DNA of 64,000 bases from positions 23,808,001 to 23,872,000 of the forward strand of contig JANJGN010000026.1 in assembly GCA_026770705.1 (NCBI GenBank), read 5' to 3'. Positions 38,979-51,236 of the stretch are shown in pieces; the stretch's first letter is position 1; the number at the start of each line of letters is the position of its first letter. The DNA comes from Isurus oxyrinchus. Taxonomy: Eukaryota. The translations under genes were made by a program, and so were the position numbers. A model generated the notes under the pieces. It was not told the origin of the DNA. It did no database searches and saw only the letters and a program-made list of their open reading frames with translations.

Positions 38979-40205
38979 GTCTGACTGAATCTCTCAGTGA
39001 ATGTGAATGCAATGGGCCAGAGATTGAGAAGTAGAGAAAGAACCCGGGCTCTGTTCTGCTCATTGTTCCAACCACACACTGCGGGGGGCCAGGCGCATTG
39101 TGACCTCACTCAGGCTACCATCCTTATTGGCTCCGCCGTTGGTCATACGTGACTTTCTAATCAACATGAATGAACTTCCCGCCCTCTTCAGGGGGCTCTG
39201 TTCGATTCGGTTTAGAATGGGGCCATTGAGTGGATGTAGGATTCATTGCTATACATATTAAAACAGGCAAGTCAGACATTGTTTCCCAGAAATTTAAATT
39301 GGAGCTGATCAGACCCAGGCTCTTTTATGTTAATGCCAGAGAGTAATGCAATTCTTTCTATATTACTGTTTAAAATCAGGGGACCAATATTCATATAGAA
39401 TGACGATATTAGATATTAGACATTAGAAGTAATACACCAGGCATGTACCAAGGGTGACGGCCTTAAATGTAAACAGACTAGGGAAACTGGCGTTATTCCT
39501 TTCTCAACTATTTAAAGGAGATACTTAATTGAAGTACTCAAAATGATAAAAGATCTGATGTAATAAATCATGCATTACTGTGCCTAGCAGCAGAAAATTC
39601 GATAACGCATGAGCCCCATTGTCAGAGAAAAAAAATAAGAAAAAAGTGAAATTCACTATTACACCGTGTCAAAATGCACGACCCAAAGGATGGAAGAAGA
39701 ACACTCAATCATAACCTTCAGAAGGATATTGTAAATGGGAAAACTTGCCCTTCATGCGGAAATTGCAAGAGTTGAAAGGCGATTTGATAACTCTTCCAAA
39801 CAGACACAGGGATGGTATGGCAAATAGTCTAATTCAGTAGTTTAAAATTCAATGATTCAAGTTTCTTCATGCCTCTTCTGCTCTATTTTGTCTCTGTCAC
39901 TTGAACAGTGAGCAGGTGCAGGATTGTCACAAACTTGTGAAATTTCAACCGTCGCTATTTCCGCTCCCTCAGTTCAGAGAGCAGCTGAGTGTCATCGAGC
40001 ACTTCACTTAATATCGAGTCTGCAGTATCCCCGCCCACAGCTTCCGTTTGCTGTTCCCACTCTGACCCGATTGTGTAATTGGAGAGATTGCTGACGCTGA
40101 TTCATTCTTCTCATTGTTTGGGTCAGCAGTGCAGTGGGACGGGAATCTATCTTTCTGCTTTGACAGAGGATTTTTTGCATGTAGGTTGCAGACTGAGGAC
40201 GTATC

Positions 40206-40749
40206 GTGGGGAACAATTTCACTCCGCTCCTCATTGTTATATCATTTCTCAGTAAGCATCTCCATTCGGTAAAATCCATTGCCCTCCTGACTGCTGTGAC
40301 CCAGATGTCATTGTTGTTAAAACAATAGTGACGACGGTGATGATGTTTATGTTGCCCAACATGAACCTGATGCTGACTATTGTTTTTACTTTTCTTTGAT
40401 GTTAGAATGGGAGCAGCAGGACACAGTGGAACAGCCGGCTCATGAAATAATGGATGAAGAGGAAATTAATGTCGCACAAACTTGCACTTTGAAAGCAAGC
40501 AATCGCAGCTTTTATGTGTACTGGCACATTGAGCTCCCCAGGCAGCTCCCAGAGTGCGTGTTTCATCATACTGGAGAGAATGTGTACAGGAGCAGCGATA
40601 TCACTGATCGGTTTTCTTCCACGCTTAATAAAACTGCCAAGATCGCTGATCTAACGATCGGCAACATGCTGATTTCCAACTCCACCTTGTATTGATGTGC
40701 CATGAGCCCAACACTGCTGCAGAGAGACAGCGGGTCCCAGACAAAAACT
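40206..40749 (+). pseudogene. TCR V pseudogene (paralog of 41565 V)
   Basis: Leader start ATG>GTG (40206-40251); exon from 40406; TGA at 40693-40695 just before the 2nd Cys; aacactg-24-ACAAAAACT. Confidence 0.9.
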
Positions 40750-41564
40750 CGGGAGTTTTTCAGTTAGCGCTGAGCAGAGGGCGCACTCACACCGTCAAAA
40801 CAGAAGGAATTATTCAAATCCCACTCTGAGATCAGGCAGACCTTGTTAAAAGATCATTAAACATTTAACATTCATCAAGAACAGCTGTTTCGATTAGTTT
40901 GCCTTTAAAATTTGAATTTATAATAAAAGCGAGCTTTATAAATGGCAATGTACTGCCTCAATTCCACTTTTCTTTATCGACGCATTTCCCTGCTGACTTG
41001 TTTCTTATCATCCCGTCTCCATTCGGTAACAGAATTGTGCACAGTTTCTTCTTTCATTCTTTAATTTAAGGATTTGGTCCTTTGCTACTTCTCTGTCCAT
41101 TAATTCAGAATGACTCCAACCCCGATGCCTATAGATTCAGCCCTGGATTCAAGAGAGGTTATTCATGAACAATTTGCGTACTATTGAATAATATAATAAT
41201 CCTGATACTCCTGTCCCGAATCTACTCGTATCCAGTATAGAATGAATATGGAATTACCACAACCCTCCTAGAGAGTTAGAGTTCCATCCTTTTCGAAGGA
41301 GACATTACTACTGAATTCACTTCCTTGCAGATGAATCCGACTGTGTGATATCAGTGCCTGCTATAACCCCGCCCACAGCATCGGTTTGCTGTCGTCAGTA
41401 TCATCTCCTTTCCTTGCCCTTTATTATTGAAGAATTTGCTGCCTTTATTCTCTGCTTGGAATGGATTGGATGAGCAACTCAGTGTGGACTCGGACTGGGA
41501 TTCTGTATTCCTGCTCCAACAGAGGGTTTCCCTTGACTTCACAGTTACAGACACAGCGAACGTC

Positions 41565-42065
41565 ATGCAGAACCATCTCACACTGCTCCTCACCCCTTCT
41601 CAGTAAGTGTTCACGCCCACGAAAAATTCATTATTCCCAGAAACACCCTCACCCAGATGCCACTGTTTGTGAAATGATGATGATGTTAACAATAACGATG
41701 TATCATTATTATTTTATGTTAGAATGGAGCCGCCAAGACAAAGTGGAACAGCCGGTTCTTGAAAAGATTGCTGAAGAGGAAAGTAATGTCACCTTAAACT
41801 GCACCTTAACAACAAACGTTGGTAATCCTACTGCGCTCTGGTACAGTCAGCACCCTGGGGAGCCTCCACACAAAATGTTTTATATTATTGGAAGGATAAT
41901 AAACCGCAACCCAGGTTTGGCTGCCCGCTTCAATTCTGCGTTTGATAAAACAGCCAAGATCACCGAGCTAACGATCGTTAAGGTCGTGATCTCTGACACC
42001 GCCGTGTATTTCTGTGCCACGAGACCCACCCTGCTGTAGAGAAAAGCCGACTCCGCACAAGAACC
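41565..42065 (+). CDS. TCR V segment with intact V exon (41723-42026) and 23-RSS but frameshifted leader
   Basis: QDKVEQP...VTLNC...ALWYSQ...SDTAVYFCATRP; RSS caccctg-23-acaagaacc (42027-42065); leader exon is 38 nt versus 46 nt in its paralog. Confidence 0.8.
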
Positions 42066-44604
42066 AACACTGAGGTTTGCAGTTGGTGCTCGCCAGAGGG
42101 CGCTGTCACACCGACAAAACAAAGCTCCCAAACAGCCTCCACAGTGGGAATAAGTGGGATGTTCCCCATACTCACCCACCACCACCCACCCACCCCACCA
42201 CCACCACCAAAATAGTAACAAAACAACACTTAACAAGAACAGGCAAGTCTCATTTGTGCAATTACATTTTTATATTTTGGTGTTTTCAACTGGTAACTCA
42301 GCGATAAGTTTAAAGTGGCAGGAGTTTAAAGTGGAAAGTGGGATTAGATTGGATGGCTCGTTTTTCGGCCGGCGCTGACAACGATAGGCCAAGTAACCTC
42401 TTTCAGCTCAGCTATCTTTCTACGATTCTATGAGAACCTGTCTGAAAAATCCTGAGGCGTATCTCCCGCGCTGTATACCTTCATTAACTATCCCGGAGTT
42501 TCCCGGGATACTTGATGCACCAGAAGAGTGTTCCAGCAGCAATTGTCGAATAAGTGCGGTTCAGTATTATGGTCTGCCCTGCCAGAGCTGTTAATTCAGA
42601 GGGGCCCTGAGACAATTCATCTTCGCCATTAGTTCCTGTAACACATTACAGAATTTACTAAATACCTGACGGTGAATATAATCCATGGAAGAAACATTGA
42701 TCATTAAAAACAAACTCACCGGGCAGCATGACCAATAATAGAAATATAGGGGTTACATGGTGCCTGGTTTAGACTAACAGATTGACTTCTATTCCGACAT
42801 GAAAGAGTAAACCGATATCAGGGAGAAGCTTCACTTACCCTGCATTTGGAAACTCGGGACCGATTCACAGGTACAGGATTGGCTGGTCTCTCAGTACTGA
42901 CGACAGTTGTGCACCAATTAATGTTAATTGTAGATCAACGACTTGATCTGACTGTCTTCCTGTATTCCTATGTTTTTCAGCGTATCTGGCTCTGTCTTCG
43001 TACCTATGTCTGGTTTTCAATCTCTTTATCTTTCTCTTTCTCAGTCTTTCTGTCTCTCTGAGCCTCTTTCTCTCTGTCTCTGTGCGCTCCTTCCCCTCTT
43101 TCACTTGTTACCTCTCTGTCTCCTTCTGTCGTGTTCCTGAAAGTACAGAACGTAGCAAGTCCAATATCTCCCAATCTACCATTCAAGGAGTTTTCCAAAC
43201 AACACCCTCACGTGTTAGGGGAAGCTATAATAGACAATATATAAAAACCACGGATCGGAAACATGTTTAAAATGGAAACAGCTACACTTAAATCCCACAC
43301 TTTTTGGATAGGTGTGAACCAGGAGTCAAACTGACATGATTTCCTTGCGTGGACATTTAAAAGTCGAATCTTACCGGGACCTCTGTCATTTCATTATGTT
43401 TGAAACGAGCTTGAATTAACAGGTATGTCTGGCATATTGAAAATAAACAAAGACAATCACAAGAATTCGAACTGGGGTTGGTACTATGCATAGTACCATG
43501 CATAGGTTCACCTGTATTAAAGAATATTGTAATAAGGGTAAGAAGAACAAGAAGAACGCGGCATAATCAAGCAAGAACATCATTCTGTAATATGAGAATT
43601 CAGTGAACTGTCAGGAAAAGGCCATTTGCCATACATCGGCACAAGAGGGAGCGCACACACTGTATTTGTGCACTGCAGCAGGTACGGGACCGCGAATCCA
43701 GTGGTTATGTTACCAGACAGGTAGTCTGAGATAACTGGTTTAATAATCCGACTACTTGATTTGCATTCAGACCACAGCACTTGAGGAATTTAAGTTCTGC
43801 TAATAAAATAAACACCTGGAGTTAAAGCTAGTACTGGTGGTGACATGACACTGTTGGATGGTCGTAAGTCCCAGCTGGTCCGATAATGTGTTTGAGGGAA
43901 AACAATCCAGCATCTTTGCCCATTCCGCCTACCAATAGAAATATGGGTGACTCTTAACCACTCAGTATAATAGCCGTTTCATGAAAACTGCGATGAAAAC
44001 CATAAGCCAAATATAGACTGCGGATGTTGAATTGTGATTCAACTCTATATCTCCCTCAATTTTTCTCCCTGAGCCTCAATCTGTTTCTCCCCCAAACCTT
44101 CCTCACAGACGAGTTTAAAAACAAGTATTTAGGTGTTGCTGTGGTCCATAATATGCAGCCAATGCAAACAGCACCAGTCGTTCATATCTGGGCACAACCA
44201 CAAAAAAGGCTTCAAACACCCCGCAAAATAGTAAGGCCTTCGTTTCCAAAACCCAAAGCGGATTTTACTCATTTTATGTGCTCGATTTAAGTACAGGAGA
44301 AATAGGAACAGTAAACCCACTGATGTCCTTCGTGCCCATCACAAATGATGAATGTCCATCCATTCTCTACCCACTGGTTTCCCATCCAATTCATCGAGAG
44401 GGAAAGGTCAGTGTTTGACCAGCTGCCACACCTTGTAACCAATCACAGATTGGAGACCATCACCCTCTCCCTGGCCTGGATTTTACCCAGGTCCCACATG
44501 GATGAAAATCAGTGCCTGACCCGCTGCCAATTCATAAGGTCACGCGGAGAGAATGCGGCCTTAATGTCCCAGTTCTCTGTAATAAACGCCGACTTGTGGC
44601 TACT

Positions 44605-44630
44605 GGAGTCACATCAGGCCAATCAGATCC
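44605..44630 (+). promoter_or_regulatory. V promoter CRE-like plus CCAAT module (also 30854-30868)
   Basis: t(c/g)acatca..ccaatcagatcc conserved between paralogous promoters; TGACG/CCAAT/TGAGGTCA also at 49826-49877 and, inverted, at 39101-39150. Confidence 0.6.
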
Positions 44631-44762
44631 AGTGATTTCAGCTCTTTCGATCCCATATCCTCAGGAAGCGACATCAGATCCGCCTCAGCCAATTGACTCA
44701 GCTTTTCTTGTCCGGTCTTCGGCAGGTTTCTGAAACACAAAATATCCCCCGGAACAGCAGCA

Positions 44763-45803
44763 ATGCGGCTCTCCGTTCTCCATGTGGTCTGGGTGACATT
44801 CATTGTTGGTAAGAAGTTTAAAATTTGAAAAGTGGGCTTAATTTTGGGGGGAATAAATTTGAAAAGCGGAAAATTCATGTTAACCATGTTTCGGATCTTG
44901 ATTGGACAAAACGTGGGTTTGTTGTGAAATGTTCTGGTCTTTAATCAGACGAACACAGGCCACAAAACAAAATGAAAAGAAACCCAATTATAATGATAGT
45001 ACTAGAATTCAGCAAGAACTGTACAGACTGGGGTTCTGCCCTCTGGTAAAGAGAAACTGAGGAGGAACCGAATAGAGGTCTTCAAAATGATGAAGGAGTT
45101 CGATGGAAAATATAATTCCACTTGTGGAGGGTTCCTAAAGTATGGGTTATAAATATAAGAGTAACGGAAAAGACTCAATAGGGGATTCAGGACAATTATC
45201 TTTACTTTTTAGAATAAGGAATTCAATGCCACAAGGAGCAGTTGAGACAAAGACTCTAGTTGTAATGAAGGGAAACGGGATAAGCGGAAGAGGGAGAAAA
45301 GGTTGGAAGGATTTGCTGAGAGAGTGAGGATGCTCTTCGGTGTTGGAAACACGGAGTTGGACCATTTGGGCCGAGTGAACTGTTGTGTGCTCGAAATTAC
45401 ATTTAATTTATGTCACACTGGCTGTGAATTTTCACTCTCAGTTCTGTTCAGTTGAAGTTTTAATCGCTGATTTCCTCTTTCTTTAACCGTGTGTTCCAGA
45501 TCTGAGCGATGGAGATTCTGTTACTCAGCGGGAATCCTCACTCACAAAGACAGAGGGAGAAGATGTCGCTTTAAACTGCACCTATACCGACAATGCTTAT
45601 TACTTATTCTGGTACCGCCAGTACCCAGGCAGACAGCCCGAGTTTGCAGTCCGGAGGCAGACGGGCGGCGGTTCAGAACGTAAGGCGGATTTCGCTCAGA
45701 GCCGGTTTTCTGATACAGTCCAGCAGTCAGACAAGTCGTACCGATTGACTATCTCGGAGTTGCGGCTGTCTGACACCGCGGTCTATTACTGTGCACAGAG
45801 TCT
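44763..45803 (+). CDS. Canonical, apparently functional TCR alpha/delta V segment; exons 44763-44808 and 45500-45803
   Basis: Leader MRLSVLHVVWVTFIV|gtaaga; DLSDGDSVTQRESSLTKTEGEDVALNCTYTDNAYYLFWYRQYPGRQPEFAVRRQTGGGSERKADFAQSRFSDTVQQSDKSYRLTISELRLSDTAVYYCAQS, no stops; not in the ORF track. Confidence 0.95.
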
Positions 45804-45842
45804 CACAGTGATGGGAACGAGTGAAAGCCTCGTACAATAACT
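45804..45842 (+). other. 23-RSS
   Basis: CACAGTG-23 bp-ACAATAACT. Confidence 0.95.
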
Positions 45843-46862
45843 GCTGCAGTTTTCTGGGGCACAGCTGCTGTCTGTTGAGGGCTGTTTATAACAGCGGGTC
45901 AGACACTGACACGTCAATCCATTCTGTGCGAGCAAAATCCAGATAAGCACCATCTAAAATCACTCACGTTGAATATTGATTCAGTCTGATTACGGTATTA
46001 AATGTGTGGGGCAGAATCCTGTTGTTTATTTGGGAATTTCTGAGAGCTCGCCATATCCTTTGAGAATACAAGCACATGAAAGTGGCCGGGGTCCATTTAT
46101 ATCCGTGCACTGCTGTTCATGAAATAACTCACGGCAAAGGAACAAATGTTTCTTTTGAGTTGAAATAGTCAGTAGTGTAGACATAAGGCCACCAGGCGAG
46201 GAGAATCCGAATAAATATGATGGATCTTTAAACATTTCTCAATGTTAGATGTTTCCTTATATTGAAATTAAGACTCTATAATATAAACAGGCACAAATAA
46301 GTTATTTTCAAGACATGAGTAGAAGCTGATGAACAATGATTAATGGATTGAATAATCCACAAGGACAGGCTGGTGTGACCGAGGCACCGGAACAGATGAC
46401 CAGAAAACCGATTGAATACTAAAGCTTTATTTTAAGTGTCAGACATTTTGAGCACTGGATGCCCTTTGGGAAATATGAACACATCAGATAAGGCTTTATG
46501 AAAATGCAAAGCCTTTGTTTTTTTTTGCTGCGCGTCCCTTTAGTGATATATAACTGATGCTGCATTTGTGTGTTGTGTGTATCTCCTGTAACGGCTGGAA
46601 CATAAGGTGAACTATTTTGCTCAGGATTTCTGCCGTTCTATCTTTCATTTACAAAATGGGATGAATTTTCTGAAAACATTTTACATTATGTTCAGAATGC
46701 ATTCGATGTAAATGGAAAAGTTCGAAATGCCGCACCTGTTACTATCGGCTTGTTACTTATGTGGATTTACTTTCAATGAGCACATTCCGGTTATATGCTT
46801 TAAAAGTTTTTGTTTCCTCCCACTCTACCCGCCATGCCGTTCACCTGGTCACGTTTCTGCAG

Positions 46863-47481
46863 TGTTCCTGTACGAGGAAGGCCCCCTCTGGTTCTTGTCA
46901 CTGTCTCTCTCAGCCCGCTGTAATACACCTCACAGGTCACGGATGGTGAAATTCTCCTCACTTCTGGAAGTGTCGGGAGATGCAGATAATCGAGCCCCTG
47001 CGCCCTCTGCATTGAAAACACCCCCAGCGGAATGGATATAGGTCAATATTGTGGGGGCTTCCTCGCCCCCCCTGTCGATACAGTTGCAAAGCCTTTGTTC
47101 TTTTTCCTGCGCGTCCCTTTAGTGATATATAACTGATGCTGCATTTGTGTGTTGTGTGTACCTCCTGTAACGGCTGGAACATAAGGTGAATTTGTGGCCG
47201 AATAGCTGAAATTAATGGTCAGCGAGACTCCTTCAAACTGTGCCCCTGCAACCGGCTCCCGTAACACCGAGTCTGCAGAAAATTCAAAGCACAGAACTTC
47301 AACATTTTATTATCACTATTACAATCAGGGTTATAATGTTAACGGAGCCCTTTACAACTAAAGGGAAAACACAGTTAAAAGGAAGATCACTATGCCAGTA
47401 TAACCTGCAAGATGAAAATTGCATAACTTGGCAATTTACCAGTTAAGAGAATCGCAGGAGTGAAGAAGGAACAGAAAACAT
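46863..47481 (-). pseudogene. TCR V pseudogene, inverted paralog of the 29714 V
   Basis: AQFEGVSLTINFSYSAT...LQLYRQ...VYYSGLR; frameshifted leader, CDR1 insertion, FR3 deletion; RSS gacagtg-27-acaggaaca. Confidence 0.9.
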
Positions 47482-48288
47482 GCTTGCAAAGCCGATGGCG
47501 GACTTGAATAAATTGATTCAAATCAGAATTGTTTTAGTGAAGAATTAAGAAGATGTTGAGTAATATCCGGCCCTCACCCGATTGATTCATTCCCGACTGA
47601 TCTCACAGCTCTTTGTCCTTCAATTCACCCAATCAGATCACAGTTCCTTCAATCCATGACGCCAGAGAGCTCGAAAGAAGGAGAGAAAGCTTAGGAACAT
47701 ACGAAACAAGAGCTGTAGTCGGGCATTCGGTCTCTCGACCCTGCAGCACCAGCTATCTCTAATCTACCTATCTAACTCTCATCCACCTTCCTGCACTATC
47801 CCCAGATCCCTTGTCGCCCTTCATACCCATAGATCTAGCAACCTCAGTCTAAAATAAACTGAGCGACTAGGCTGTGGAGTAGAGAATAATGAGATCTGCA
47901 TTGAAGCCGATATAGTTTCTTTAAGGGGGTCAGTCTTTGATGCGGAACGATGATGGGTAATATTTAAAGTCGTTCTCTGACCAGTATTCGAGTCTCCCAT
48001 TAAAAGAGCTTCTCGATGACCATGAAAAATACTCACAGCCGATATAAAGAGGGATTTCACATAGAATGCCGCACACTCTGCACCCCGCCAACACCATCCA
48101 CCTCCCTCCCCCCCCCTCCCCACCCCCCCCCACACACACACACCATCTTTTTCTCCTTCTCTCTTCCTCTTTCTCCTCTGGCTTTGATTACTTGTTTCTC
48201 TCTGGGTTACCCTTTTTCTCTCGAAATCACTTTCTCCCTATCTCACTCTCTCTTTTCTCTCTGTGGGAGTATTCGTTCCTGTTTTTCA

Positions 48289-48821
48289 TTAAGTTGAAAA
48301 GTGAAGTAATTCTTGGAGGCCCATTAATCACATATCCAGAATTAGCACAAAAAGATGGAAGTTACTGACCTAATTCAACTGTGTAGGGTGAAAGCTCTTC
48401 AGCAAATGGCCCAGTAGAGCCCTGCTGTGTCCAGGCGAAGCCTCTCACACGGCATTGGAAAAAGTATGACGGCACAGACCCACAGAACGGACACGCGCAG
48501 AGACAAACACACAGACAAATACATAAAAGCACTTGCAGATGCACACACAGACATGCAAAATCAAACACGTACTCTGAAGTGCATAAAATCAAGCATGCAC
48601 GCACAGACACACAAGGACAAGGAGAACCATACATGCACAAAGAGGTATATGTCTATAGAGAGATCAGTTAAAGAGCAAACTGTCTCTCAGATGAATTAGA
48701 GATCAAACAGTCTCCCATGATCGATTAGAGATTAAACTCTTTTCCATCCTTTTTTGCTAATTCTTGTCATATGATTAATGGGCCACATCACCTCCAGGAA
48801 GTTCTTCACTTTTCAACTTAA
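48289..48821. mobile_element. MITE-like element with ~75-bp TIRs flanked by TTAA
   Basis: ttaagttgaaaagtgaag...ggcccattaatca...agaattagc at 48289-48360 is the reverse complement of 48740-48821. Confidence 0.65.
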
Positions 48822-49991
48822 GTCTCTCAGGTCCATTAAAGATCAATCTGTCAAATCAATTGAAGATCAAATTGTCTCTGACAAAATCGGGTCAGAGGAG
48901 AGGAAGAAACGGAAGCTGTGGCCGGGGATGCAGCATATTGAAAACTGATAAAAGTGCGCTGTGATGATCAGCTGCAGCCGGTACTGATGGAGCGGAAGTA
49001 GCGACGATTGAAACTCCAGGAGACTGTGAGCATCCTGCATCTGTTCACACATCAAGTGACTGAGAATATATAGTGCGGAAGGGGCAGGAAGGGAGCAGAG
49101 TCATAGAAAGTTAGGGAACGGAATGAAGACTCCGCTTACCGTATCTGTGTCTATTTGAAAGATCCATTTCAATCGTCTTTGACACCTCACATTTTCCACG
49201 TCGCTTTCATTTCTCAACTTATAACAATTCCGTTTTGAAATTTATGATTGAATCCTCTTCCTACATCATTTCAAACATCGTATTCAGGGTGGTAACATAT
49301 ACAATGTAATAAATAAAACAGATCTTTCCATCTCAAATATTTTCATGAAATTGAGATGATTTGGTTATTGAAGTTTCTGACAATGGAAGAAATTGCGCTT
49401 TCCTCTGAAAAAAGGACAATTTTTAGCACATCAATTGAATCTCTCTTCTATCTTCTTTGTTACGAGGATAAAAATCCACGTTTGCTTAGTCTGTTCTCGT
49501 AAACGTTCCTCATCTCTGATGCCATTCTGATGTACTGCGTCCGCACATTCTCCAAAATCTTGACATTCCTTCTACTTCGTAGTGCCCAGGATTTGGACAG
49601 AGAACTCCAGCGATGATCTCTACAGATTTAACATCACGTCCCAACCTAAACATCAGCAGCCACAGAGACTGTGTCTGAACAGCTCCAATTCAGATTCCTG
49701 GGGAACATTCGTTTCTTGATAAGCATTTCAATAAACCCTGAATCAATTCAACAGCTGCATCCGAACACGGATTGAAACGAAATCACCAGCGGAGGGCGCC
49801 AAATTCAAGCATGGGCATCACTAAATGACGTGGTGGAAACGCCATAGCCAATAGGGATGGTTTCCTGAATGAGGTCACAATGAGCCTGGCCCCCTGCAGT
49901 GGAATAATGAGCTGAACAGACCCCGAGTTTCCTCTCAACTCCTCAATCTCTGGTTTATTCCATTCACATTCACTGAGAGATTCAGTAAAAC

Positions 49992-50550
49992 ATCTTGCCG
50001 ATAATACTGGCGGCGCTGTTCGGCAGTAAGTACTGGATTACATTACTCAAGGCAGATTAATGTACAGAGATTGCGACAGTATTTAATTCAATTCGCGATC
50101 AGAAATATCCATATGATGACAGCTGGGTAGAAAGGAGGTTCCGCGAACTCAAACAGCTACAAACAAATTTAGATCAACATTGTTTAACCGCTTGATATTT
50201 CATGCCTCTACCTCACAGGCGGACTATGCGCAGATCCAGTAACTCAGTCCCCGGTCGCAAAAACGGTGTCAGAAAGGGGTTTGGTGCAGTTAGACTGTGA
50301 ATATACAGATCGGAATCTAAACAACATGCAAAGGTATCGGCAGCAGACGGCACAGCCACCAAGATGGATGATCACCAATATCTTAGCACTGAAGGAAGCT
50401 GAAATTTTAGGACGGTATCTGGCGGCTGCTGGCCTGTCTCAAAAGAACGGCTACCTCAATATAAGCGAGCTGAGTGTGGAGGACCGGTCGGTGTTTTATT
50501 GTGCAATGAGGCACAGCGTTAGATCACAGCTAGAACCCCGTAAAAAAAAT
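49992..50550 (+). pseudogene. TCR V ORF/pseudogene (start codon ATG>ATC, Trp41>Arg)
   Basis: Leader atc-LPIILAALFG|gtaagt with in-frame TAA just upstream; exon 50219 ADPVTQSP...LDCEY...MQRYRQ...SVFYCAMR; RSS cacagcg-23-aaaaaaaat. Confidence 0.88.
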
Positions 50551-50724
50551 CTCAGCGAGTATTTGCAGCTCCGATAAGTTTTATTTTGTGCTTTTGTGGA
50601 CGGGAACGGTTTCATCCTGGGTTCCAGAGAAGCAAAACAGGCAGGTCTATTTGCTGTCGTTTTATTGCTCTCTTTGGCCTTGTCTTAATCCACAGAGAAA
50701 CAATTTTGGGGAAAAAAATATTAG

Positions 50725-51057
50725 TTCGTTCATGGGATGTGGGCGTCACATGATAGGCCAGCATTTATTGCCCATCCCTAAGTTGCCCTTGTTCAGAAGA
50801 CATTTTAGAGTCAACCACAATGTGGCCTGAAGCCACATGTATCCAGGCCCGGTAAGGACGGCAGATTTCCTTCCCTAAAGGACAACAGTGAACCAGATGG
50901 GTTTTTACAACAATCAACAATGGTTTTATGGTCATCATTAGACTTTTAAACTGAATTCAAATTCTACCATGGCAGGATTCGAATCGGAGTCCCCAGAGGG
51001 TTAACCAGGATTTTTCAAACACAATGCCAGCGATAATACCAGTACACCATCGCCTCC
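50725..51057 (-). mobile_element. tRNA-derived SINE sharing its 3' tail with the CR1/L2-clade LINE
   Basis: A-box-like tggtgtactgg and B-box-like gattcgaatcc on the minus strand; tail gggcaataaatgctggcc...cccacatcccatgaa as in the LINE copies. Confidence 0.8.
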
Positions 51058-51236
51058 AAACAAGCAAAGCTATCTCCATGCCGCCATTTGTAGCGTAACT
51101 AGCTCCGAATGTACCCGGAATATCGATTTGTCAACAGAGTTAAAGAAAGCTTTCAGAAGTTGAGTCCCTATAGCAGATAATTATGGGCTGTTCTTACAGA
51201 ACCGTTAACTCAGATGGACACAGGGTGGATTGGTGG

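Noticed and set aside
42140-42180. CACAGTG 75 bp after a V RSS (possible D segment)
   Set aside because: No nonamer at 12 or 23 bp and no upstream 12-RSS; likewise for CACAGTG at 40421 and 8970
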